A DNA stretch of 50,552 nt from Gallionellaceae bacterium. Its GTDB lineage: Bacteria; Pseudomonadota; Gammaproteobacteria; Burkholderiales; Gallionellaceae. Under the pieces are notes generated by a model. That model saw only the letters and a list, made by a program, of their open reading frames with translations, was not told the origin of the DNA and ran no database searches. The stretch is taken from contig JBGPSQ010000001.1 of the NCBI GenBank assembly GCA_041490205.1, positions 1-50,552 on the forward strand. Direction: 5' to 3'. A program made the translations under genes and the position numbers. Below are positions 35,607-44,403 of the stretch, in pieces. How positions within the stretch are numbered: position 1 is the first letter of the stretch; each line of letters begins with the position of its first letter.

Positions 35607-37384
35607 ACGAACCGACCACCCGCCGCGTCATCATCGATCCGGTCACGCGCATCGAGGGGCACTTGCGCATTGAAGCGGAGACCGATGCAGATGGCCGCAT
35701 CACCCGAGCCTCATCCGCAGGCACCATGGTGCGCGGCATCGAGCTCATCCTGCGCGGGCGCGATCCGCGCGAAGCGTGGGCATTCGCGCAGCGCATCTGC
35801 GGCGTGTGCACCCTGGTGCACGGTATCGCCTCGGTGCGCGCGGTCGAGAGCGCGCTGAGGATCGAAGTGCCGAGCAATGCGCAATTGATCCGCAACCTGA
35901 TGATAGGCGCGCAGTACATCCATGACCACGTGATGCACTTCTACCACCTGCATGCACTGGACTGGGTGGATGTGGTCTCGGCCCTGAAGGCCGACCCCAA
36001 GGCCACTTCCGCGCTGGCGCAGAGCCTTTCCGGCTACGCAAAATCGTCGCCGGGCTATTTCAGCGACGTGCAGAAAAAGCTGAAAGGCTTTGTCGAGGCT
36101 GGACAGTTAGGCATCTTCGCCAATGGCTACTGGGGACACCCGGCCTACAAACTGCCGCCGGAAGCCAACCTCATGGCGGTGGCGCACTACCTGGATGCGC
36201 TGGCCTGGCAGCGCGACGTGGTGAAGCTGCATGCCGTGTTCGGCGGAAAAAATCCGCACCCGATGTTCCTGGTCGGCGGTGTGCCCTGTGCCATCAGCAT
36301 AGACCCCAACCACTCCGGCCAGGGCAACGGGCCGCATTTCCACGGCGGCAATTCCGGCACGGCGCTCAACGAGGTCGGGTTGCAAACCGTGCAGAACGCG
36401 ATCAAGCAGATGCGCGAATTCGTCGATCAGGTCTATGTGCCGGATACGCTGGCCATCGCCGGGTTCTACAAGGACTGGTTCAAGCAGGGCGAGGGCGTCG
36501 GCAACTTCCTCACCTACGGCGACTTCCCGGCCAAGGGCATGTCCGATCCGGCGTCGTTCCTGATTCCCTCCGGCGTGATCCTGGATCGCGACCTGAGCCG
36601 GATACATCCCCTGGACCTGAATGCAGAAGACGAGATTCAGGAATTCGTCAGCCACTCCTGGTACGGCTATTCCGTGGGCAAAGGGGGCGGCCTGCATCCC
36701 TACAAGGGCGAGACCACGCTCGACTACACCGGGCCGAAGCCGCCCTACCAGCAGCTCGATGTGGACAAGGATTATTCCTGGCTGAAATCGCCGCGCTGGA
36801 AGGGCAGGGCGGTCGAGGTGGGGCCGCTGGCGCGCGTGCTGATGCTGTATGCATCCGGGCACGAGCAGACCAAAGAGCTGGTCGGCATGGCGCTGAAAAA
36901 ACTCGATGCCCCGGTGCAGGCGTTGTATTCCACCCTGGGCCGCACCGCCGCGCGCACGCTGGAAACCAAGATCATTGCCGACGCCATGCAGGGCTGGTAC
37001 GACCATTTGGTCGCCAACATCAAGGCAGGCGACGTCAGGACTTTCAACGAAACAAAGTGGGAACCCTCGACCTGGCCCAGCCATGCGCAGGGCGTTGGTG
37101 TCACCGAGGCGCCGCGCGGCGCGCTTGCGCACTGGATCGTCATCGACGACCAGAAAATATCCAACTACCAGGCCGTCGTACCCAGCACCTGGAATGCCGG
37201 CCCGCGCGATGCCCAGGGAAATCAGGGGCCATATGAAGCGGCCCTGAAAGGCCACCAGTTGCACGACGTGAAACAACCCATCGAAGTGCTGCGCACCATC
37301 CACAGCTTCGATCCCTGCATTGCCTGCGCGGTGCACCTCACCGACCCGGAGGGCAAGGAGTTGGTGCAGGTGAAGGTGGTCTGA
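35603..37384 (+). CDS. hynL: [NiFe] hydrogenase large subunit
   Basis: N-terminal RIEGH..RICGVCT and C-terminal DPCIACAVH Ni-Fe ligand motifs. 593 aa. ATGA overlap with isp2. Confidence 0.95.
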   Translation: MNEPTTRRVIIDPVTRIEGHLRIEAETDADGRITRASSAGTMVRGIELILRGRDPREAWAFAQRICGVCTLVHGIASVRAVESALRIEVPSNAQLIRNLMIGAQYIHDHVMHFYHLHALDWVDVVSALKADPKATSALAQSLSGYAKSSPGYFSDVQKKLKGFVEAGQLGIFANGYWGHPAYKLPPEANLMAVAHYLDALAWQRDVVKLHAVFGGKNPHPMFLVGGVPCAISIDPNHSGQGNGPHFHGGNSGTALNEVGLQTVQNAIKQMREFVDQVYVPDTLAIAGFYKDWFKQGEGVGNFLTYGDFPAKGMSDPASFLIPSGVILDRDLSRIHPLDLNAEDEIQEFVSHSWYGYSVGKGGGLHPYKGETTLDYTGPKPPYQQLDVDKDYSWLKSPRWKGRAVEVGPLARVLMLYASGHEQTKELVGMALKKLDAPVQALYSTLGRTAARTLETKIIADAMQGWYDHLVANIKAGDVRTFNETKWEPSTWPSHAQGVGVTEAPRGALAHWIVIDDQKISNYQAVVPSTWNAGPRDAQGNQGPYEAALKGHQLHDVKQPIEVLRTIHSFDPCIACAVHLTDPEGKELVQVKVV

Positions 37385-37702
37385 GTTTAGAGGGCAGGTC
37401 TTGCAGCCCAATATCAATCCAGCTTTGTACTATCATCAGTGAAGGCAAAGCCTGCCCCCGCCTGTGCAGGCACGCGGCAGTATGCCAATTGTATGCAAAA
37501 CAATGTCCGCTATAGTTGTGATGCCGGTTGATGTAAGTTAGATTATGTACTGGCTACGATATCCCAGTTGCCGTCATTCGCGAGCGGCAGCTTTACGTCG
37601 GTGAATAATGAAGAATGGACTTCCGCTTCGCAACCAATAAGAGACACTTGCAAGTGTTTCGCATAACGGTCATTAGCTAATTTGATCGCCAGGGGAGGCT
37701 AG

Positions 37703-39115
37703 GTGTCACTATTTAAGCAAATCGCAATCTTCACCCTATTATTTCTTGAGGGCTGCGTGGGTTTGCCTGAGTCAAACAACAAACCCATAGTAAATGACGT
37801 CACGAAACTCAATCCTATCGCTGTTGACCGCATTGTTGTACCGCATAATGTTTCCGAAATCATCGAGGCGGTCAAGGGAGCAAAGGGGCCGGTATCAATT
37901 GGCGGAGGACGGTTCAGCATGGGCGGTCAAACAGCTACCGAAGGCACTCTGCAGATTGATATGCGAGAATTCAACAAAGTGGTCTCGTTTTCGCCCCAAA
38001 AAAAGGAAGTTACTGTCGAGAGTGGAATAACTTGGCGCCAACTGCAGGAAGTTATCGATCCGTACAATCTGTCTGTGAAAATCATGCAGACTTATTCCGA
38101 CTTTACGGTCGGCGGCTCATTAAGTGTAAATGCTCACGGAAGATATATTGGTTATGGCCCTTTGGTTCTGTCTGCCAAGAGGATTGGCCTCGTGCTGGCC
38201 GACGGATCCTATGTAAATGCTTCACCTGAAAAGAATCCAGAGATCTTTTATGGCGCGATTGGCGGGTATGGCGGCATAGGGGTAATTGCTGATACCACGC
38301 TTGAATTGGTGGACAACGTAAAAGTTCACCGAGTCAGCAAGGTCATGCCCTTTTCTCAATATAAAGATTATTTTGTTAAGGAGGTCAGAGACAACCCCAA
38401 GGCTATTTTTCATAATGCAGACATCTATCCCAATTCATATGACACGGTTCGCGCAACAACCTATGAGGAAACCGGGCTCCCTCTTACACGCGAACAAAGG
38501 TTAATCCCCAAAGAACAGAGCTATTGGCTTGATCGCACCCTTATTGGCATTATTTCAGAAGCACCGGGCGGGAAGGGATTTCGCCAATATGTAGTTGACC
38601 CGATTTTATTTCATGATGACCGCGTAACTTGGAGAAACTACGAAGCGAGCTACACAGCACTTGAACTTGAGCCGTCTTCCAGGCGAGATTCAACGTATAT
38701 ACTTCAAGAGTATTTTGTTCCCGTTGAGCAACTCAACGAATTCGTACCCCAAATGGCAAAAGTATTAAATGATAATCATGTAAATGTTATCAATATTTCG
38801 ATTCGGCATTCCAAGCAGGATCCGGGAACCCTCTTGGCTTGGGCTAAGCAAGAAGTATTTGCATTTGTTATTTACTACAAACAAGGAACGGGCATTGCTG
38901 ATAGAGAGCATGTTGGCATTTGGACTAGGCAGTTGATTGATGTGGCTGTAGCCAATGGTGGCAGGTATTATCTACCCTACCAGATTCATGCGACAGAACA
39001 ACAATTCAAAGCTGCATATCCTGGTTTTGATAAATTCTTTGATCTTAAAAAGAGAGTTGACCCAACCAATAAATTCAGAAATAAACTCTGGGATGCTTAC
39101 TATCCGCCACAATGA
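37703..39115 (+). CDS. Secreted or membrane-anchored FAD-linked oxidase (FAD_binding_4 / vanillyl-alcohol-oxidase superfamily)
   Basis: The N-terminal hydrophobic signal ends LFLEG-C, a possible lipobox. The FAD-binding region reads ..PHNVSEIIEAVKGAKGPVSIGGGRFSMGGQ.. The C-terminus ends ..KKRVDPTNKFRNKLW, as in ALO/oxidase C-termini. GTG start with SD GGGGAGG. AT-richer than its flanks. Confidence 0.8.
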   Translation: MSLFKQIAIFTLLFLEGCVGLPESNNKPIVNDVTKLNPIAVDRIVVPHNVSEIIEAVKGAKGPVSIGGGRFSMGGQTATEGTLQIDMREFNKVVSFSPQKKEVTVESGITWRQLQEVIDPYNLSVKIMQTYSDFTVGGSLSVNAHGRYIGYGPLVLSAKRIGLVLADGSYVNASPEKNPEIFYGAIGGYGGIGVIADTTLELVDNVKVHRVSKVMPFSQYKDYFVKEVRDNPKAIFHNADIYPNSYDTVRATTYEETGLPLTREQRLIPKEQSYWLDRTLIGIISEAPGGKGFRQYVVDPILFHDDRVTWRNYEASYTALELEPSSRRDSTYILQEYFVPVEQLNEFVPQMAKVLNDNHVNVINISIRHSKQDPGTLLAWAKQEVFAFVIYYKQGTGIADREHVGIWTRQLIDVAVANGGRYYLPYQIHATEQQFKAAYPGFDKFFDLKKRVDPTNKFRNKLWDAYYPPQ

Positions 39116-39444
39116 CCTTCCCTCCAAGCCGATTGAGGTGGTAGTTGAGCAAACATTCCCACTCACCGGCCGGGGCACCACCGCTTTGAATGTCCGTTTT
39201 GCTGAATGCTGAATGACCGTTTTGGGTCGGCTGCTGCACTCCAATAGTGTCCGGTTTCAGGCAACGTACTAATGAGGCGTAATGTCGCAAATGGGCACGA
39301 AGCGGTAATGATAAAGGTGATTCTTTAAGTCCGCTTGGGTCTGAAGTGCTGACGTTCGAGGGAAATTTATTTCGATAGTTTTGCGCGGTCAACGGACGCC
39401 AGAAAATCCCCAGCGTCCGCCAAAGTCTTGCTGTAGCGCGCCCG

Positions 39445-39780
39445 TCACTTCACCTTCGTAATCAAATAGTCGCCGTGTTTCTCGATGAAGGAGAAGGTGA
39501 TTTTCTTGCCCTTGCTCAGCTTGGCGAGGGTTTTCTTGTCCTTGACGATGAAGTCCATGGTCATGGCAGGCCAGCCCAGGCTTTTGATCGGCTGGTGCGA
39601 GATGGTGACGATGCCCTTGGCGGCATTGATTTCATCCACAACGCCGACGGCTTCGGTTTCTGCACCTTTGGCAGGCGCGCCCATGTTCATGCCGTCCATG
39701 TTCATGTCTGCGGCCTGGGCGGGCAGGTGGGCCGAGGCGAACAGGGCGAGGATGAACGACAGGGTGGCGGTGGTTTTCAT
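39445..39780 (-). CDS. cusF: Periplasmic Cu(I)/Ag(I) chaperone CusF
   Basis: 111 aa with a signal peptide and a Met/His-rich N-terminus (DMNMDGMNMG). The CusF OB-fold core is GVVDEINAAKGIVTISHQPIKSLGWPAMTMDF. Confidence 0.85.
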   Translation of the reverse strand: MKTTATLSFILALFASAHLPAQAADMNMDGMNMGAPAKGAETEAVGVVDEINAAKGIVTISHQPIKSLGWPAMTMDFIVKDKKTLAKLSKGKKITFSFIEKHGDYLITKVK

Positions 39781-39856
39781 GCTTCTCTCCTTGGGTTAAT
39801 TTGATAAGTGTTGACTGTTGAGCTTTTTAAATAAGGTGCTGTGTTGACGCGAACCT

Positions 39857-39892
39857 CCTCCCTCATTCCCTCCCCCGGGGGGAGAGGGAAGA
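39857..39892. repeat. REP-like GC palindrome overlapping the cusA stop
   Basis: TCCTCCCTCATTCCCTCCCCC/GGGGGGAGAGGGAA is an imperfect palindrome sharing the CCCTCA(Y)YCC..GGAGAGGG theme of the element at 313-389. The last residues of the cusA ORF (..SLSPRGRE) are encoded by it. Confidence 0.4.
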
Positions 39893-42800
39893 GACGTTCA
39901 AATATTTTTCATGCCACCACAAATACAGGGTGGGAATCACGATCAACGATAGCAGCGGCGCGGTCACCATGCCGCCGATGAGCGGGGCGGCGATGCGCTT
40001 CATCACGTCGGCGCCGATGGCGCTGCTGAACATGACCGGGAGCAGGCCCGCCACGATCACTGAGACGGTCATCATCTTGGGGCGCAGGCGCATGGCGGCG
40101 CCCTGGATGATGGCCTCGGTCAGGGCCGTTGGGCTGATCTCCCGCCCGGAATCGCGCAGGGATTGCATGGCGTTGTCGAGATAGATCAGCATGACCACGC
40201 CGAATTCGGCGGCCACCCCGGCCAGCGCGATGAAGCCTATCGCCACCGCCACCGAGAGGTTGTAGCCCAGCAAGTAAACCAGCCAGAAGCCGCCGATGAG
40301 CGAGAACGGCACGCACAGCATGACGAGCAGCACCCGGCCCCAGTTGCGGAACAGCAGGTAGAGCAGCAGCAGGATGAGGGCGAGGGTAGCGGGGATGGCG
40401 ACAGTCAGCCGCTGCTTGGCATGCTCCATGTTTTCATATTGCCCGGCCCACTTGATGGTGTAGCCCGGCATGGGCTTGACGGTTTTATCCAGCGCGGCCT
40501 TCGCATCCTGAATGTAGCCGCCCAGGTCGCGTCCGGCGATGTTGATATAGACATAACCGGACAGCCGCGCGTTTTCGCTCTTGATTTCCAGGGGGCCGTC
40601 GCTGAGGCTCAATTTTGCGATTGCTCCCAGGGGAACTTGCTCGCCGCCGGGCAGGGTCACCAGGGTTGCAGAAAGCCGGCTGATGGAATCGCGGATGCCG
40701 CGCGGGTAGCGGAGGTTGATGGGGAAGCGTTCGCGCCCAAGCACCATGGTGCTGATGTTTTCGCCGCCGATGGCGGTTTGCACCAGGCCGGTCACGTCGG
40801 CCACGGAAACTCCATAGCGTGCGGCCTGATGCCGGTTGACGGTGATGTCGAGATAATGCCCGCCGGATGTCCTTTCGGCAAATACGGCGCGCGTGCCTTC
40901 CACTTTTTTCAGGGCGGCCTCGATCTGTTCGGAAAGTTGCGAGATTCCCTCCAAATCCGGCCCGGTGATCTTGATGCCGAGCGGGGTGCGGATGCCGGTT
41001 GCCAGCATGTCGATGCGCGTGCGTATCGGGTAGGCCCATGAATTGGTCAACCCCGGGAGCTGCACTTCATGGTCGAGCTTGTCCATCAACTCCTCGGGCG
41101 TCTCGCCGTTTGGCCACTCGCTTTGCGGCTTGAGCAGGATGGTGGTCTCGAACATGGAAACTGGCGCGGGGTCGGTGGCGGTGTCGGCGCGCCCCGCCTT
41201 GCCGAATACGCGCTCGACTTCCGGCATCTGGGCGATGATGCGGTCGGTGACTTGCAGCAGGTTGGCGGCTTCGTCTATGGTGATGCCCTGCAGGGTGGCG
41301 GGCATGTAGAGGAAGTCGCCTTCATACAGCGGCGGCATGAATTCGCTGCCCAGCCGGGCTACCGGGACGATGGCCGAAGCCAGTAGCCCCAGCGCCAGCC
41401 AGGCCACCAGCTTTCTTTTGGTCAACGCGCGCGTGAGCAGGGGCCGGTATATCCCGTGCAGCCAGCGGTTGAGCGGATTGTCGTTTTCTGCAGAAATTTT
41501 TCCGCGAATGAAATATCCCATCAGGATGGGCAGCAAGGTGATGGCCAGCAGCGCGGAGGCGGCCATGGCATAAGTCTTGGTATAGGCCAGCGGGGCGAAC
41601 AGTTTTCCTTCCTGGCCGGTCAGCATGAATACCGGGATGAAAGAGACGGTGATCACCAGCAGGGAGAAGAACAGGGCGGGGCCGGTTTCCAGCGCGCTTT
41701 GCCGCGCGGCCTGCCAATAGTCGCCGCCGAAGCCCGGCTTTTCGAGCTGCTTGTGCATGTTCTCTATCATCACGATGGCGGCGTCTATCATGGTGCCGAT
41801 GGCGATGGCGATGCCGCCCAGCGACATGATGTTCGCCGCCACGCCTTGCGATTTCATCAGGATGAAGGCAGCCAGTATGCCCAAGGGCAGGGTGACCACC
41901 GCCACCAGCGAGGAACGCAGATGGGCGAGGAACAGCAGGCAGACCAGCGCCACGGCCAGAGATTCCTCGAGCAATTTCTCGCGCAGGGTGCTGACCGCTG
42001 CATTGATCAGGTGGGAGCGGTCATAGGTCACGACGAGCTCGACGCCCTCAGGCAGGCCGGATTTGAGTTCCGCGAGGCGTTCCCGCACGCCCTGTATCGT
42101 ATCGAGCGCATTGTGCCCGTAGCGCATTACCACGATCCCGCCGGGCGCTTCGCCTTGTCCGTCCAGGTCGGTCACGCCGCGCCTGGGCTCGGGCCCGGTA
42201 CCGATGTGCGCCACATCCTGCAGGCGCACGGGTACGCCTTGCGGGCCGGTTGCGATGGGTATGTCGCGGATGTCTTCCAGGGAGGAGAGGTAGCCCTTGC
42301 TGCGCACCATGAATTCGGTGCGGCCCAGTTCCACCACCGAGCCGCCGCCGGATTGGTTGTTGTTGCGCACTGCGGCGGCGACCTGCTCCAGCGGAATTTT
42401 ATAGGCCGCCAGCCGGTTCGGGTCCACTTCTATCTGGAACTGGCGCACCATGCCGCCCACGCTGGCCACCTCTGCCACGCCGGGCAGGCTCTGCAATTCA
42501 TATTTCAGGTAGAAATCCTGGATCGCGCGCAACTGGTCCGGGTCGTAGCGATGGTTGCGGTCGACCAGCGCGTATTCGAACACCCAGCCCACGCCGGAGG
42601 CATCCGGCCCCAGCGCGGGCGCGACACCCGGCGGCAGGCGCGGCGCGGCCTGGCTCAGGTATTCGAGCACGCGCGAGCGCGCCCAGTAGGGGTCTGTGCC
42701 ATCCTTGAACAGCACGTACAAATACGATTCGCCATACATCGAGACACCGCGCACGGCAGTGGAACCAGGCACGGAAAGCAGCGCCGTGGTGAGCGGGTAG

Positions 42801-42997
42801 GTGACCTGGTTTTCCACTATGTCCGGGGCCTGGCCGGGATAGGGCGTCTTGACGATGACTTGCAGGTCGGAAAGATCGGGGATGGCATCCAACTGAATGT
42901 TGGCGGAGGAATATATTCCCAGCGCCGCCAGCAGCAGGGAGGCGGCGATGACCGCCAGCCGGTTGCCGAACGACCATTCGATGATGCGGCGGATCAT
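39863..42997 (-). CDS. cusA: RND heavy-metal efflux pump, CusA family
   Basis: 1044 aa, HME-RND architecture with 12 TM segments and two large periplasmic loops. Typical N-terminus MIRRIIEWS..NRL. Confidence 0.95.
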   Translation of the reverse strand: MIRRIIEWSFGNRLAVIAASLLLAALGIYSSANIQLDAIPDLSDLQVIVKTPYPGQAPDIVENQVTYPLTTALLSVPGSTAVRGVSMYGESYLYVLFKDGTDPYWARSRVLEYLSQAAPRLPPGVAPALGPDASGVGWVFEYALVDRNHRYDPDQLRAIQDFYLKYELQSLPGVAEVASVGGMVRQFQIEVDPNRLAAYKIPLEQVAAAVRNNNQSGGGSVVELGRTEFMVRSKGYLSSLEDIRDIPIATGPQGVPVRLQDVAHIGTGPEPRRGVTDLDGQGEAPGGIVVMRYGHNALDTIQGVRERLAELKSGLPEGVELVVTYDRSHLINAAVSTLREKLLEESLAVALVCLLFLAHLRSSLVAVVTLPLGILAAFILMKSQGVAANIMSLGGIAIAIGTMIDAAIVMIENMHKQLEKPGFGGDYWQAARQSALETGPALFFSLLVITVSFIPVFMLTGQEGKLFAPLAYTKTYAMAASALLAITLLPILMGYFIRGKISAENDNPLNRWLHGIYRPLLTRALTKRKLVAWLALGLLASAIVPVARLGSEFMPPLYEGDFLYMPATLQGITIDEAANLLQVTDRIIAQMPEVERVFGKAGRADTATDPAPVSMFETTILLKPQSEWPNGETPEELMDKLDHEVQLPGLTNSWAYPIRTRIDMLATGIRTPLGIKITGPDLEGISQLSEQIEAALKKVEGTRAVFAERTSGGHYLDITVNRHQAARYGVSVADVTGLVQTAIGGENISTMVLGRERFPINLRYPRGIRDSISRLSATLVTLPGGEQVPLGAIAKLSLSDGPLEIKSENARLSGYVYINIAGRDLGGYIQDAKAALDKTVKPMPGYTIKWAGQYENMEHAKQRLTVAIPATLALILLLLYLLFRNWGRVLLVMLCVPFSLIGGFWLVYLLGYNLSVAVAIGFIALAGVAAEFGVVMLIYLDNAMQSLRDSGREISPTALTEAIIQGAAMRLRPKMMTVSVIVAGLLPVMFSSAIGADVMKRIAAPLIGGMVTAPLLSLIVIPTLYLWWHEKYLNVSSLSPRGRE

Positions 42998-44280
42998 GGC
43001 TGGTGCATGTGCATCCGTTCGGCGGCGGCATTCATCGAGGAGGCGGCATCCAGAAGGAACTGGCCGTTGACCGCGACCTCGGCGCCTTCTTTCAGCCCGG
43101 AAACGATCTCGACGCTGTCGCCGCTTTCGCTGCCGGTCTCAACCGGAACGGGGATAAAATGTCCGTTGCCGCGCGACAGCATGACCATGTTGCCATGCGC
43201 GGTGTAAAGGATGGCGGACCGCGGCAAGATCATCGCCTGGTGGGGGTGTGCGCCTATGGACACATCGGCATAGGTTCCCGGCCTTAAACCGGATTTTGCA
43301 TTGTCGAGGTAAACGCGCGCGCGCACCTTGTTGTTCTCGGCCACCGGGGAGATGAAATCCAGCCTGGCCTTGATGGACTCCCCGTTTTGCGTCTGCACGG
43401 TGACGGGATCGCCGAGTTTGACCATGCCAGCCTGCTCCGGGTACAGGGTAATCTCCACCCATACCCTGGAAACATCGGCGAGGGTGAGCAGCGGCATCGA
43501 GGCCGAGACATAAGCGCCTTCTCGCACGTTGATCTGGGTGATCACGCCGGAGCCTGCGGATGAGATCTTGACTACATCCACAACCTGTTTGTTTTCCTCA
43601 ATGAGCTGAATGGTCTCGATGCTGACACCCTCCTCCTGATGAAGCCTCGCCTTGTCCCTGGCTGCATCCTCCAAAAGATCCATTACATATTCGTTCTCGG
43701 TGCCCGGAGGGGCGTTGATGGTTTGCAGTACCTGCTTTCTGCTGTCCTTGGAGCTGAGATAAGAGCGTTCGCGCGCAATCAGTTCGGGGGAATATATTTC
43801 GTAAAGCACTTGGTCGGCCTTGACCTTTTCGCCCACCGCATGGACATGCAGCTTTTTTATCCAACCGTCATAGCGGGTATGCACGGTGTAAAGCGAATTT
43901 TCGCTGGCGACGATGTTGCCATATGCCTGGATGTCGTGACCAATCATGCCCTGTTTGACGCTGGCGAGCCGGATGCCCAGCCGCTGGACGGTAGCATTGT
44001 CAACCTGTACGCCATGTTCGTGCGGCGCTGAATTGGTCTCCACCAGCTTCATGCCGCAAATCGGGCAGGTTCCCGGGTGATCTTGCGAAATTTCCGGGTG
44101 CATGGGGCATACCCAGTTACGGTGGATTGCCGGGGTGGAATCGGCCGGGCTGTTGTCAGCAGTCTTGCCGTCAGCCGTTTGCGCGGGCAGGGGAGGCCGT
44201 GCCGGATGGCTGGTATAAAAATACAGTGCTGCGGCGGCAGCGGCAGCCAGCGCAACGATGGCCACTTTGTGCTTAGTCAT
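42994..44280 (-). CDS. cusB: Membrane fusion protein CusB, with an N-terminal Cys-rich metal-binding motif
   Basis: The start is taken at MTKHKVAIVALAAAA (ATG 44280), downstream of the nirK terminator. WVCPMHPEISQDHPGTCPICGMKL is a heavy-metal-binding domain. The rest is an HlyD-like barrel-sandwich. ATGA-type overlap with cusA. Confidence 0.88.
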   Translation of the reverse strand: MTKHKVAIVALAAAAAAALYFYTSHPARPPLPAQTADGKTADNSPADSTPAIHRNWVCPMHPEISQDHPGTCPICGMKLVETNSAPHEHGVQVDNATVQRLGIRLASVKQGMIGHDIQAYGNIVASENSLYTVHTRYDGWIKKLHVHAVGEKVKADQVLYEIYSPELIARERSYLSSKDSRKQVLQTINAPPGTENEYVMDLLEDAARDKARLHQEEGVSIETIQLIEENKQVVDVVKISSAGSGVITQINVREGAYVSASMPLLTLADVSRVWVEITLYPEQAGMVKLGDPVTVQTQNGESIKARLDFISPVAENNKVRARVYLDNAKSGLRPGTYADVSIGAHPHQAMILPRSAILYTAHGNMVMLSRGNGHFIPVPVETGSESGDSVEIVSGLKEGAEVAVNGQFLLDAASSMNAAAERMHMHQP

Positions 44281-44360
44281 GCTTGGTGCCTGTAAGTAGT
44301 CTTTGGTTAAGTCCTGTTTTCTGCGCAAGACATATCCGGAGGCTACCTGTTTTTCGGCGA

Positions 44361-44388
44361 TAAAAAAAGGGGAGGTCAAGCCTCCCCT
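44361..44388 (-). terminator. Rho-independent terminator after nirK
   Basis: The minus strand reads AGGGGAGG-cttga-CCTCCCCT followed by TTTTTTT (plus-strand A-run at 44362-44368). It lies 16 nt after the nirK stop. Confidence 0.75.
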
Positions 44389-44403
44389 AATTATGCAATA
44401 TCC

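Noticed and set aside
37300-37384. Possible selenocysteine recoding in the hydrogenase large subunit ([NiFeSe] type).
   Set aside because: The C-terminal motif reads DPCIACAVH with ordinary Cys codons and no in-frame TGA. It is a standard [NiFe] enzyme.
39091-39212. A short frame reading ..KPIEVVVEQTFPLTGRGTTALNVRF.., which recalls the P(I/V)E.VF.I.GRGTV motif at the start of EF-Tu domain II.
   Set aside because: It is only about 40 codons, overlaps the 3' end of the oxidase gene, has three extra residues inside the motif and no SD. It is most likely chance or a tiny gene remnant, not supportable as a feature.
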